This document shows positions 9,141-20,000 of a DNA stretch of 20,000 nt, in pieces. The position numbers and the translations under genes are program-made. Source of the DNA: Spirogloea muscicola (taxonomy: Eukaryota). The DNA is taken from NCBI GenBank assembly GCA_009602725.1, contig WELB01000018.1, forward strand, positions 1,031,084 through 1,051,083. The letters run 5' to 3'. Each line of letters starts with the position of its first letter. The stretch's first letter is position 1. The notes beneath the pieces are model-generated. The model saw only the letters and a program-made list of their open reading frames with translations, was not told where the DNA came from and did not search any database.

Positions 9141-10773
9141 AACATTCGAGGGGCTGGTGTGTAGAAGAAGGGTTGATGTGTTGGCTACCTTGAAGTGGAG
9201 TGCGGGCTGCAGGACTGCGTCTGACACATCGAGCTTCTTGGCAACCCACGGTCGACCTCTCTGAGCTGTACGTGCGTATTCGTGAAGGGTATTGCAAAGA
9301 CCCACGGTTTCCTGAGGCAGCCAACGTACGCTCCCTCGCCGATGACGAAGGCTTCTGGTGGCAAGGCGACGCTATTGTAGTCCCGGACTGCAGTGCCTTG
9401 CGCACTGACATCATGCACGAGCTGCATGATATGCCTTACAGCGGTCATCTGGAATAGGGCAAGACCAAACAGGCTTGCTTCAATCTCAAACAGACTATGA
9501 TAGGTATCTGCATTTGTAATGATGCAAGTTACTGACAATGACGTCTGCTTAGCTGAATCATCAGAGTACAGTGTGACCGGCAAAGGATTTTGGGTAGTAC
9601 TTAAGATTTTGTCCGTACCACCAGTTGCAGTCTAAATGTTCAAGTCGCTATGGACAATCTGACAACTGCAGCTTCAGTAATCTTATTTTACCCCGAAGTA
9701 CAGGCTGGGCACCTGAGCCGACCAGAACCAATGGAGGCCGCGACGACTCAATCTTCAAATGCCTGAACTGTTGTCCAGCATTGTAGCAGACAAAAAAGTT
9801 TTATTCCTCACTCGGTGTCTTGCAAGGTGCAGAGCCGGAGATAAATCCGCCTTCTTAGGTTCACCAAAAGAAGATAAGGACGTACAGGAGGTACGTACCA
9901 CGCTAAGGGGGCTGTTCTCATTTAGCTTGGTTCACATTGTACCAGTATGTACTGTCCTTGTTCCCAAGGACGTGAACACGCCGTCGTGATATGGCAACAA
10001 CACAACACTTCCACAGAAGACCCATCCATGAGGGTGCAAAGACCCCTGGATGAGATGACACCGACATTGGTGTTCAAGTGACATTCCTAAGACCAAGCAA
10101 CGAGACGGGCTGCAGGAAAGCATGTCATACGGTCGTGGCGCCTTATACACATCATGGAGCAGCCTCATATGGGCAGAACTGCCTAGATAGGGGTACTAAA
10201 CGGATGCTCGAGGCTTTCTATGCATAGTAGTCATTATAGCACTGTTTAATTTCGTGCTCGTAAGTATCCGCCACACTGATGTGTGTCTTCATACACTTAT
10301 ACTAGCATATATAAAGGTGAGCAATGCAAAGTTGCAGATTATACAAATGAAAGGCAAGGAGGGGGGTCACAAAATTAAGAGGCATGGAAGGACAATTAAA
10401 CACCAACAGCCTGCACTGTCACAGAGTCAGGCCTGTGCCAGGTATGGGAACAAGGTGCCCTTATATTGTATTTGGACCCTTCATATATTAGTAGATTAGG
10501 TGGTCAATCTCAAGACCAACAGACGCAGCTCACTTAAGTGCGCTGTACCATCTGAGGCCCCACCGAGCTACAAGACTTGCAATACATGCCAGATTAAAGC
10601 GGCACTCGAGGTGGCACATGTACAATATAGCAGGTTACACAACCGACACTGCACAAGGTGATACTAGGCCTTGCCACTTAAGACTTTCTCACAAGTGAAG
10701 GCATCACATGTTGTAATTGGCATGCGGCGCCGTCGTTGGCTGGGGAATAGCCATTGATGAGAGGCCCTTTACA

Positions 10774-13700
10774 TCATACGGAGAATGTGTTGGGGCGTGG
10801 AGGGCCTCTTGGAAAAGGAGGATACTGTCCAGATGCAGTGGCTTGAATATAAGGTCGTTGTGCATGACCAGCTTGCAAATGAGACGAGTTGAAGGTGGAG
10901 CTCTGCACAGGTAAAGGCTGTGGCGGATTGGCACCCAACCCAGGTATCAAGGCCGATGAAGTCTCCAGTTCCGGTTGCAGACCTGCACTCCAAGGTGACA
11001 AGCCTTTTGGATACACAGATGTGTCTGCCAACAAATTCGCCAACATTGACATGCTTATCGAACACAAAGATTGCGAGCTGCTTTGATATCGGCCCGGTCA
11101 GACAAGTGTTGCCACACATTAGCATAGGAACTTGCCACTTGATCGTCTCGGCCACTGCGCGTTCAGCAGTATCCTTGCACTGAAACTACCGAGGACCCCA
11201 GGTAGATTATCAGGAGGGAAGGAGCTGGACTGCTATGGCTTACCCCCAAAGGCTCGATCAAGCCGAGGAGGGCCAGCATCACTTGGTCGTTCTCTTGACC
11301 AAAATCTGGTCGTATGGTCGCTGCCACCACTGTCAATCGGTGTCTGGTGACCATTGTTAGAATTTGCACAGTTACACCTTTGCAGCACATTCGACAGTGA
11401 AGTAGGCCACAAAGCAATGTGTAATGTGACTCGCCTGCAGAGCACGTGACCTATAGGGTGCCACGACAGAGACCAAACAGCACTCTCATGAGCGTGGTTG
11501 CACTCCACAGCTGGTTGCCGATGCCTAGGACAAGCAAGGGCAAGGATGGTGCGTCCCAAAGAACAATGTCAGTTGCCCATGCTTGAGCAGCAGATGACCA
11601 GGATGTAAGCAATTACAAGCCTCAACAATGTGGAGGCAGTCAGCGAGGACAAGCGGCATAAAAGAGATCAGGCATTAGAGTTCGTGCACGAAGCAGATGA
11701 GGAAAGGTTCATACCCAACCAACCACTGATAGATGCTGCCATCATAACAACCACTTGCAAAGAGGTCCTCATGTATGGGATGCCATGCCACCGCTGCAGG
11801 ATGCCGAAGGAAACATATTATAGGCAGCACAGCAGTACAACCCTACAACATAATTCAGTAAAAGCCTCCAACAGGGACGGGCATGAGAGGAATAGCCACT
11901 CACACGTCACTTCCTTTTTGTGTCCATGATAAGTTTCTAACTCCTTCAACATTCTGATGTCATAGAGCTGCACAACAAGCTACATATGAGGCCTCTCACA
12001 ATTAACAGCTGGAAACAAGTAAAGGACTTCCTGTGACAACACAAACATTGCCACCAGAAGCAAATTTTCAAATGCGAGAGTGCATATCACCTGCATCCAG
12101 ATAGTGGTATGTATCGACGTGATTGTGACTGGGCATACACTCAATAATACGGTAGACAGAATAGCAAGCTCGTTACAAGCTCATGCTATCCACTCTTACC
12201 TTGAGAAGCTGATCGCGAGAAGCTGTGAGCACCCAATTGCCATTCCGATTCCACCTGACGCACATCACAGTGCTCTTGTGGCCATGCCTGTAGAATCAGC
12301 AGTCCAGTAAGACTACATGCTCAGGCCTCAGGAGTATCATCAGAGACAGAGCTGCAGCAGCGGAGCTGTCACCGATTTGGCAGTGCAGCAAGTCTGCCAT
12401 ACGTGGATTGCACACGCAGACATGCCACCAAACACAGTCACAATGGATTTCTCTGAATGGGAACAAGAAGCACCAAATCCTACATGCAGAGTAGTGTCTC
12501 ACAAAGAATCAACGTACGCTCTGCTCTAATGCTGGGCTGATGGAGCATGACAACAAGCACGTACAGCGTGCACAGCTCTCGGCCAGTCTTAGCATCCCAC
12601 AGCTTCACGAGATTGTCTTTAGCTCCTGCAAAGCCCCCAAACGACAGCCGTCCTGTAGTCACTCTTTGCCGGGTCCTCCCTGCCGCTACATTGGACAGGC
12701 ACAGGGCAGGTAGCACGGCCTCACACCTGATACGAGTAATGACTTCTGCGGGTGCCAGTCCACGCTCTTCACGTCCCACCCATGACCTGCGAAAGCCCAA
12801 AGAACTAAGACTCAGCAATAAGCCCTGGGCTTTCTTTCAACCACGACAAGCGGCACTTTCCAGCCAGACTGGGCACTGCAAGGAGGCCAAAGTACCAAAA
12901 GCACCACTGAAAGTACTTCAAAGTTGCTTACCAGTGAGGGCAACTTCTTCCCGGCAGAGAAAGAAGTCCCAGACCTTCACCGTGTTGTCATCGGAGCAGG
13001 AGCAGAGCTCGAGGTCCGTGCTCGCAAAGCTGCGATGACAAGCAAGGGGCAACACTTACTGCAGAGTGGGTGTTCAGCATTCAACAGGCAGGGCCGAGGT
13101 TGCCGTGGGAGTGCATTTTGACATCAGGGATAAGCGCACCCAAGGTCTCGGATGGCCTCCTTGTGCGCGGTTGTATTGGCCTTGGCATTGTTCATGTTGC
13201 TCTGCCAGTACCTGCACCAAGCACCGCCAATGGCAATGGTGTGCCCAAAGAGCTGGGATTGTGATTTGTTGTCAAATGAAGGGCTTTGAGAAATATCGAG
13301 GAGTCTCGGAGTCAGGGGTAAGAGGGGTTCAGCGTTCAGAGTGTACGCCCTGAATCCCGTAAACAGGAGGCCTTTGAGTAGGCCTGCAGCAACCAAGGCA
13401 TAAGAGCTTCAGGCATGGACGCAAGCAGACGCCTACTTGAGGCAACCGCCGTCATCTCCCGTCACCAGCCAGTTGTCATTGTGGCTCCACGCCATGGACC
13501 TCACCGCCTGGTCATGACCCTGCCAGCACCACTATCTCGATCTCTGAGCCCTTTCGTGGAACAGTCGCTCTCGAGGACACCATGACTCCTCGGCCTCCAC
13601 CCCCAACCCCCCGCAGGGCCGACGGTCGTCGCAAGGTTGGTCAAAAGAGATGCGAGGATGTGCAAGAAGATGAGAGGCCTCTCGTGCAGTTGAGAAGGTT

Positions 13701-14701
13701 CGTCAAGGGTCACTGAACAACGGCGGCACATGGTAGGTGCTGGCTGGGTGGAGCACCTGGATGATCATCTCAAAGTTGTAGGACTGGCCGTTCCACAGAG
13801 TCAGCTCGCCGCTCTGCGAGCCCGTCATGAGGCGCCGCCCATTGGGAGTCCACTGCCAGCATGACCCGCGCCCGCAGTCACAGCCATGCCCTCGACATGC
13901 TACGAGCATGAGGCTTCAGATGAGTTGCTGCTTTTGGGGGGGGGGCTCCCCACCAGCACGCGATTGATGGACCCTCGCACTTTGTTGGTGGACGGGTGCA
14001 CGAATCTGGTGGCGAAGCTCATGCTGGGATTCTCCGGGTAGGCAATCGGCGGCATCATCTGCAGCAGGCAGCCGGTGTCGAGGGAGTGAGCTCAGGTCAC
14101 TCGACGCCGGGTCACGCTGCCCTGCCGCTCGAGGGAGAAGGCGGCAGCGCAGGCAGGGCAGCTCAAGAGTGAAGGCGGCGAGGCGAGCACCTGGAGGGCG
14201 TCGGTGGGTGTCGGCTGGAGCGCAGGCGCGTCCAGCACGCCCTTGACGTGCATGCGCGTCTGCAGCGGCAGGCAGGCGCGGGCAGCGGCGGAGGGCGGCG
14301 CTGATGAGACGACGCCGCGGGCCACGTCGAGACGAGGGGAAGGGGGCAGCCACCCAGGCTGGTGGCAGGTCGGGCACCTCAACGTAGAGCGCCACGGAGC
14401 TGGCGTAGTCCACGGAGCGCCGCGGCCCGCCACGGCGCCGCGGGCCACCTCCGCGCCCTGCCCGCGGCCGCAGCGAGGCAGGGGAGAGCGCGCGCCCTGA
14501 GCGAGCGCCCAGAGAGCGCGGCGGCCTTAGCCGCAGCGGCGGCAACGGCGAGGACAGTGGCGGCGCCCACCGCCGTGGTCGGCCGAGGGGTTTGGCCGCA
14601 GCGACGGCGCGGGGTGTTTTTTTTTTTTTTTTTTCTCGGGAGACGAGACCCCTAACCCCGGAGCGCCAGGCCCTGGTCTCAAAGCCCGCCGCCGCCGCCA
14701 T
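10774..14701 (-). CDS. FY: WD40 polyadenylation factor FY / WDR33 / Pfs2, 15 exons; start codon uncertain
   Basis: Exons (14701?)-14378, 14259-14191, 14058-13954, 13852-13757, 13519-13437, 13211-13140, 13029-12932, 12786-12727, 12625-12565, 12287-12200, 11967-11904, 11793-11715, 11524-11435, 11329-11244 and 10982-10774 join in phase. They give [79 protein letters not shown] and IPGLG, matching plant FY as I recall it. Confidence 0.93.
11330..11434 (-). other. Non-canonical GC-AG intron in FY
   Basis: Donor AG|GCGAGT, acceptor TGACAG|T; joining gives the conserved [15 protein letters not shown] in frame. Confidence 0.85.
14590..14699. promoter_or_regulatory. Putative compact bidirectional promoter with a T18 tract and telobox-like motifs
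   Basis: T18 at 14617-14634 in otherwise very GC-rich DNA between two divergent genes; ACCCCTAACCC at ~14648-14658; AAACCCCT on the - strand at ~14586-14593. Confidence 0.5.
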
Positions 14702-17219
14702 GGCGCCCGCGCCGCTGCGCCCGCGCCTGCTCCGCGCCGCCCGACTAGCCGTCGCCGCCTCGCCCGCGCGCGCCGCGTCGTGGTGGGCGGGCGTGCAGCC
14801 GGCGGCCAAGGACCCCATCCTGGGCGTCACCGAGGCCTTCCTGGCGGACGCGCACCCCGACAAGGTGAACGTCGGCGTCGGCGCGTACCGCAGCGACGCC
14901 GGGAAGCCCGTGGTGCTGGACTGCGTGCGCCAGGCGGAGGCGCGCATCGCGGGGCAGGAGCTGATGGAGTACGCGCCCATGGGCGGCAGCGCCACCTTCA
15001 ACGGCCTCTCCGCGGCGCTGGCGTACGGCGACGGCGCGCCGGTGCTGGCGGACAGGCGCGTGGCGGCGGTGCAGAGCCTGTCCGGCACGGGCGCCTGCCG
15101 CCTGTTCGCGGACTTCCAGAAGCGCGTGCACCCCGAGGCCAGCATCTTCATCCCGACGCCGACGTGGGCCAACCACCACAATATCTGGCGCGACGCCCAC
15201 GTCGCCGCCCGCCCCTTCCGCTACTACGACCCCGCCACGCGCGGCCTCGACTTCAAGGGCCTCATGGAGGACGTGAACGTACGACACCACCCGCTGCTTG
15301 CTTCTTTGCCTGTCGTGTCGTGGAATTGCTGCAGCCTTGGCGCAGTCACTCCTCCGCAGCCCCGCCGCCGTTTGGCCTGCCCCTGCCATGCAGCCACCCT
15401 GGGGCTGCGGCGGCCTAGTACCTCGCCTGCCTGGGGGGCACTGTGAGGAGCGCAGCTTCTGACCATGATTGCTGTGCTGCAGGCTGCGCCGTCCGGCTCC
15501 TTCTTCCTGCTGCACGCCTGCGCCCACAACCCGACCGGCGTCGACCCCACCGCTGAGCAGTGGAAGGAGATGTCAGCCCTTTTCAAGGTCTAACCGCTCG
15601 CTCCCAGCTTTGAGGACCCTCTGTCCTCTTCGCACAGTCACCTGCAACGGGATGTACCAGAGCAGAGCGCACCAGGGAGCTCTGGCAACAGCAGTGCCAT
15701 GCTGACCAGCAGCTGAGCCTCAGCTTGTGCCTGTGTGGTTCCTGTGGTGTGACAGAAAAAAGAGCTGTATGCTTTCTTCGACATGGCTTACCAGGTGGAC
15801 ATTTCGCCTTGCTCCCTTTCCTGCATTCAGCAAGCTGCTGCTGCAGCTACAGACAGGCCTCAGCGCTCCTGCAGCCTTGGACGCGTCCAGAAGTTACAAG
15901 TTTTCGAACGTGCTCATTTCAAGTCAAATGCCAAGCACCTGATTGCCCATTCATCAGAGGGTCGTTTGCGCCAAGGAGCACCAATATCATCAGGAATTGC
16001 AGGCTGATGCTTCATCGTGGGCTGTCACAGGGCTTTGCCACCGGCGACCTTGTGAGAGATGCACAGGCTATACGTATATTTGTTGACGACGGCCACCAGG
16101 TGGCGTGCTCCCAGTCGTATGCCAAGAACATGGGCCTCTATGGCCAGCGCATTGGCTGCCTCAGGTCTGCAGAGCCTCGCACCAGCAACTTTTTTGCGGC
16201 AACCCCGGCAGATCCAGGACGGTGTGGTGCATATCTAAATTGACGCGGGGCGCCTGAGTGTGGGTGATGATTCGTCAAGTGTGTGAGCGTCAGAGCTTGC
16301 TGGTGTTCTGTGGTATGTGCGCAGTGTGGTTTGCGACGACGAGAAGCAAGCTGTGGCGGTCAAGAGCCAGCTGCAGCAGATTGCCAGGCCCATGTACAGC
16401 AACCCGCCTGTCCACGGAGCGATGCTCGTGTCCAAGATTCTTGCGGACTCTGACCTCAAAGAGCTGTGGCACAAGGAAGTCAAAGTCAGTGCCTCGCCCT
16501 GATGTCTGCTCTTACGTGCCTATGCCGATAAGCAACAACTACGAGGCAGTGTTCCTTGGAGCGTAGCTTGCACACGGATATTGTAAATCTCAACCCTGTT
16601 CTGCCTCCGCTCTGAGGCCGCTTTGTGCATATGTGCAGGACATGGCAGACCGCATCATCAGCATGCGCCATGCGCTTCGCGAGCACCTGGAGAAGGAGGG
16701 CTCCAACCTGCCGTGGCAACATATCACAGATCAGGTGGGGAGCACTTGCTCGGAGTAGGTGCTGGTAGGCCAGATTCCGCCTCCAGATGGATTTGCACAC
16801 TGGACAACAAAGTGCACATGCCTTGACATTGCCTGCAGTCCCCTGTGCTCGCCGGGTTTATTAAAATTTAGAAATTTTTTAAGCCCTTAACTTCCTCTCC
16901 CACTGCAACTACTCCAGATTGGCATGTTCTGCTTCAGCAGCCTGAGCCCAGAGCAAGTGGACCGCCTCACCAGCCAGTTCCACATATATCTTACTCGGAA
17001 TGGACGGATCAGGTTTGTTGCTGTGCATTGCACATCCACTATCCTCAGACACGGCAAGCGTAAAGCAAGGGCGCAACCTCGCCTGGCAGGCTGATGTTTG
17101 ATTGCTGTGAGCATGCTTGCAGTATGGCTGGTGTTACATCTGGGAACGTGGCATACTTGGCCCATGCCATGCACGAAGTTACCAAGGAGCAGGCTGCCTC
17201 GCAAGCTAAGGCTGCGTAG
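14700..17219 (+). CDS. GOT2: Aspartate aminotransferase, probably mitochondrial, 8 exons, 434 aa
   Basis: Exons 14700-15278, 15483-15587, 15756-15794, 16031-16164, 16325-16484, 16639-16734, 16918-17012 and 17123-17219 are all GT-AG and in phase. Motifs [51 protein letters not shown] lysine [15 protein letters not shown] and GRISMAG. Arg/Ala-rich presequence before SWW; start context GCCGCCATGG. Confidence 0.96.
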
Positions 17220-17861
17220 CTCAGCTTTTTACAAGAGACTTTACTCTCTATGTAGCTGCTGGTTGCTGAAGGTCTCGTTGTGTCGGCTTCTGTACTATGA
17301 TATTAGAGTGAGACCTAAGATTTCAATGCAGATGCGCTTGGCCGTCAAGGGACACGAGATTATTGGCTGCTGTATGCCGGCCATATCACTTCTTGATCTG
17401 CATCCCTGGCTCGTCCTCGTGTGCGAGTCAGCAACACATTCTTTTATTTCCTGCCGCCCTTTTGGGCGTGGGCAGCAAGCTCGAGGCATCAAACAATGTA
17501 CTTGTTGCAGCCCTATAAAGTGTTTGGCAAGCTGGAGCCTTTAGGCCCTCACTGCAAAACCATCTTGGCAGCTTGGCTGGCTACTTGGCTGCTCTAGTAT
17601 GCAAAGACCCACCACAGACAGCACCATCCCTAGACCTTCAGCTGCAACTCTCTTCTGATGAAGGTCTGATGCTCATGGCCCACATTGGAGAAACGGTTCC
17701 ATTCGGATCCGGTCTGTTAGATGGTTGCAGCATCAGCAGTCACTTGGATGGCTATTCACTGCTGTCACGGTGCTTCATCAACAAATACGAAGGCATGCAC
17801 GTCTTGATGACCGTTCACATATTTCACATCAACCCCCAGAGCAAGATCCACCAGCAGGCTC

Positions 17862-20000
17862 TTAATTGCCCCCTGACAGCACGTGCTGTCTGTGAATGAT
17901 GTCATCGATCAGCGATTCAGGGAGCTTCTTTGACTTCTGCAACCAAGGCCACCAAGAGAGAACAGGAGTAACCGCATCAGTGGAGCACGAAACAGGTCCT
18001 ATGAAATGTAGCAAGCCTTTGCACTGATGGTGCAATTGATGCAGCTGTGGCCAGAACGTATGCATATAGTGGCATACCAGGCACTCAGGTTGCACTTATG
18101 GACATGGCCAGAAGGCTGCACCTGAAAGGAACGCATGTGCAGAATGGGCTCGCAGCCAAGCTCGGCCACAGCCCTGCCCTGAATGTCGCCCTTGAAAGTT
18201 CGGGCCGACTGGCCCGCTAGTAGCGCCTCACCCGGCGTGCCGGCCAGCCTAGCGACTCGCAGCAGCGAGTCGAGCGTATTCATCTGCAGAGCAAGTTGAG
18301 GAGGTATGTGAGCAGCAAATAGAGGTGTAGACTGACAACGTGGAGCCCTGAACCTTCACCTCGACGTTCTCAGAGAGGGGATCAAGGTGAGACCTTCATG
18401 TAGGGGCAGGATGCGCAGCCCCCGGAAACGGAGCAGCCCTCGCCGGACGTCACACCTGGCACAATCTTGAGCTCCCTGAGGAAGCTCGGCCGCTCATAAT
18501 CTCCATGCACTGATGCAGCAGGCGGGGTAGGCTGCGTGATGGCCTCGCTGGCGACGGGGAAGACGATCTCCACCTCTACTGACTGCCTGCCTGACGGGCT
18601 TGCTGCTGCGCCGCGCGCAAGCTCTGCCCGCACGCATGCCACAAGCGATGTGATCATGCCCGACTCTGTGCCCAGCACAAACTGCAGTCGCTCAGGCTCT
18701 TCCTTGCGCCGCTCCACCACCTCTCGTGTCTTGAGGGCTACAAAGTCAAGGATGTTCTGCGTCGACCCCACAACGCCCATGCCTCGCTCGCGTGCCTCCA
18801 TTGCCAGCGCAAACATTTCGCCGGGGACCTCGAAGTGGGCCGTCTGGTACGCGTCGCTGTAGCCTTGCCGGACCCGGTCAACCACCGATGCTCCAAACAG
18901 GTCGTGCACGACGCAAGCACCCTCCTCGTAATAGTGCAGGCGCGGCAGCAGCGCGGCAAGACTCCTGCGGTTGTGTTGTGGGTGCACGGCTGCAATATCC
19001 TCGTCAGAAAGCTGCGCCAGCTGCCGCACCAGCTCAGCAAGGTTCCTTCCCATGTATGTGTCTGGCCCGTAGTACACGGTCACATCTGGAACCTGCGCAA
19101 AAGCCTGCGCACAGGGGGCGATGCGACCACTATTCATCGCCAGGATGGAGAAGGGCAGCGGTCGGCCAGCGGGGGCCCCACTAATGAGGCTAGCCACTCG
19201 ACTTGGCCAGATTTGCAAGGGGCCGAGGCCAACTTGTCTTGGCCAAAGTTGCAAGAGGCCAAGGCCGGGGCTCAGGTGTCACACCTGCAGGACAGTCTGG
19301 AGGACGTTGGAAGAGGTGCAGGTGATGGTCGGCACGAGCGCATGCGCGCGCGCCTTGGTGTCCAGCGACGTGTTGATGTAGATCACGTGCAGCGCGCACG
19401 GCGTGCGTGCCGCCTCCTCCAAGAACGTCTCGTACGTGGCGCTGCTGGCGGCATCCGCCAGGGAGCACCCAATCTCCGACGCAGCCATGCGGTAGACGGG
19501 CACATCTGCATGGCCCGCGCGGTCGAGGATCGCGCGCGCATTCTCGGCCATGAAGTCCACGCCCAGGACGGCCACCGAGCGGCAGCCGCCCTCCTCGACC
19601 ATGCGCACGGCGCCGTCGGCCATGACGAGGGAGTCGGAGATGGCGATGTGGGGCCAGCGGCGGCGCGCGGCGGTGAGGACGCCCTGGACCTGGGGGTCCA
19701 TGTAGAAGTGGGCGACCACGCCCATGCGCGCGCGCTGCAGCTCCTCCGCCAGGCGCTCGACCGCCGCCAGGTCGGGCTGCAGGTACTGCACCTGCGCCAC
19801 CGCGAAGTCGCCCTGCGCCTCCAGGCTGCCATCCGCTCGCACCAGGAGCGAGGGGAAGGGCTCCGCGGCGGCGGCGTCGCCGCCGGCCAGCAGCTGCCGG
19901 GTGCGGCGCTGGATGCTCTGGAGCATGTTGTGGAAGCCGGCGACGCGCGACGGCTGCTGCAGCGCGACGCCCAGCGCGGCGCCCAGGCGCGCCGTCGCGT
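17862..20000 (-). CDS. QS: Quinolinate synthase (plant-type SufE-NadA fusion), 5' part outside the window
   Basis: Exons >20000-19285, 19104-18394, 18283-18122 and 17936-17862 join in phase. Motifs VVAHFYMDP, ISDSLVMAD, GVDFMAEN, IGCSLADAA, YINTSL, TCTSSNV, GPDTYMG, CVVH, AHFEVPGEMF, VVGSTQNIL, CASCPYMK and LGCEPILHMR. The upstream SRVAGFHNML resembles the end of the SufE domain. Confidence 0.95.

Larger units (their letters stand above)
5385..9490 (+). mobile_element. Ty3/gypsy LTR retrotransposon 'element B' internal region (3' gag, protease, RT, RNase H, start of integrase); degenerate and 3'-truncated
   Basis: RFKAGLP and CHCCGDEGHQIKDC (5663-5704); LLDSGAS (~6325-6345); [39 protein letters not shown] (~8365); LRSFLGFANHFRK; CDASLTGVGAVLLQ and TDHRPL; HELHDMPYSGHL. 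Domain order PR-RT-RH-INT. Confidence 0.93.

Noticed and set aside
10769..10773. TGTAA poly(A) signal directly after the FY stop codon
   Set aside because: A 5-mer is expected by chance, another occurs at ~10635-10639, and the lineage's signal is unknown.
13916..15527. Long antisense and alternative-frame ORFs (421, 260 and 212 aa) as separate genes
   Set aside because: They are shadows of the GC-rich AspAT exon 1; only the part matching FY exon 1 is supported.

Overview
Eukaryotic nuclear DNA, most likely from a green alga (Viridiplantae), judging from the plant-type FY, the SufE-fused quinolinate synthase, short GT-AG introns and an iMet-primed Ty3/gypsy element. The left half (1-~9490) is a nest of decayed LTR retroelements. 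An older + strand Ty3/gypsy element (B) was interrupted in gag by a - strand relative (A). Three solo LTRs and a 406-bp insertion with a 6-bp target duplication then landed inside A and B. Both elements carry an extra domain between the Gag zinc knuckle and the protease that resembles a catalytically degenerate Dam-like N6-adenine methyltransferase. All five LTR copies share a GC hairpin motif. The right half holds three host genes. The first is a 15-exon FY/WDR33/Pfs2 polyadenylation factor (-) with one GC-AG intron; its nearest in-frame upstream ATG overlaps the neighbour's ATG. The second is an 8-exon, probably mitochondrial aspartate aminotransferase (+), head-to-head with FY. The third is the 3' part of a SufE-NadA quinolinate synthase (-). 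All calls are by eye; no database search was run.
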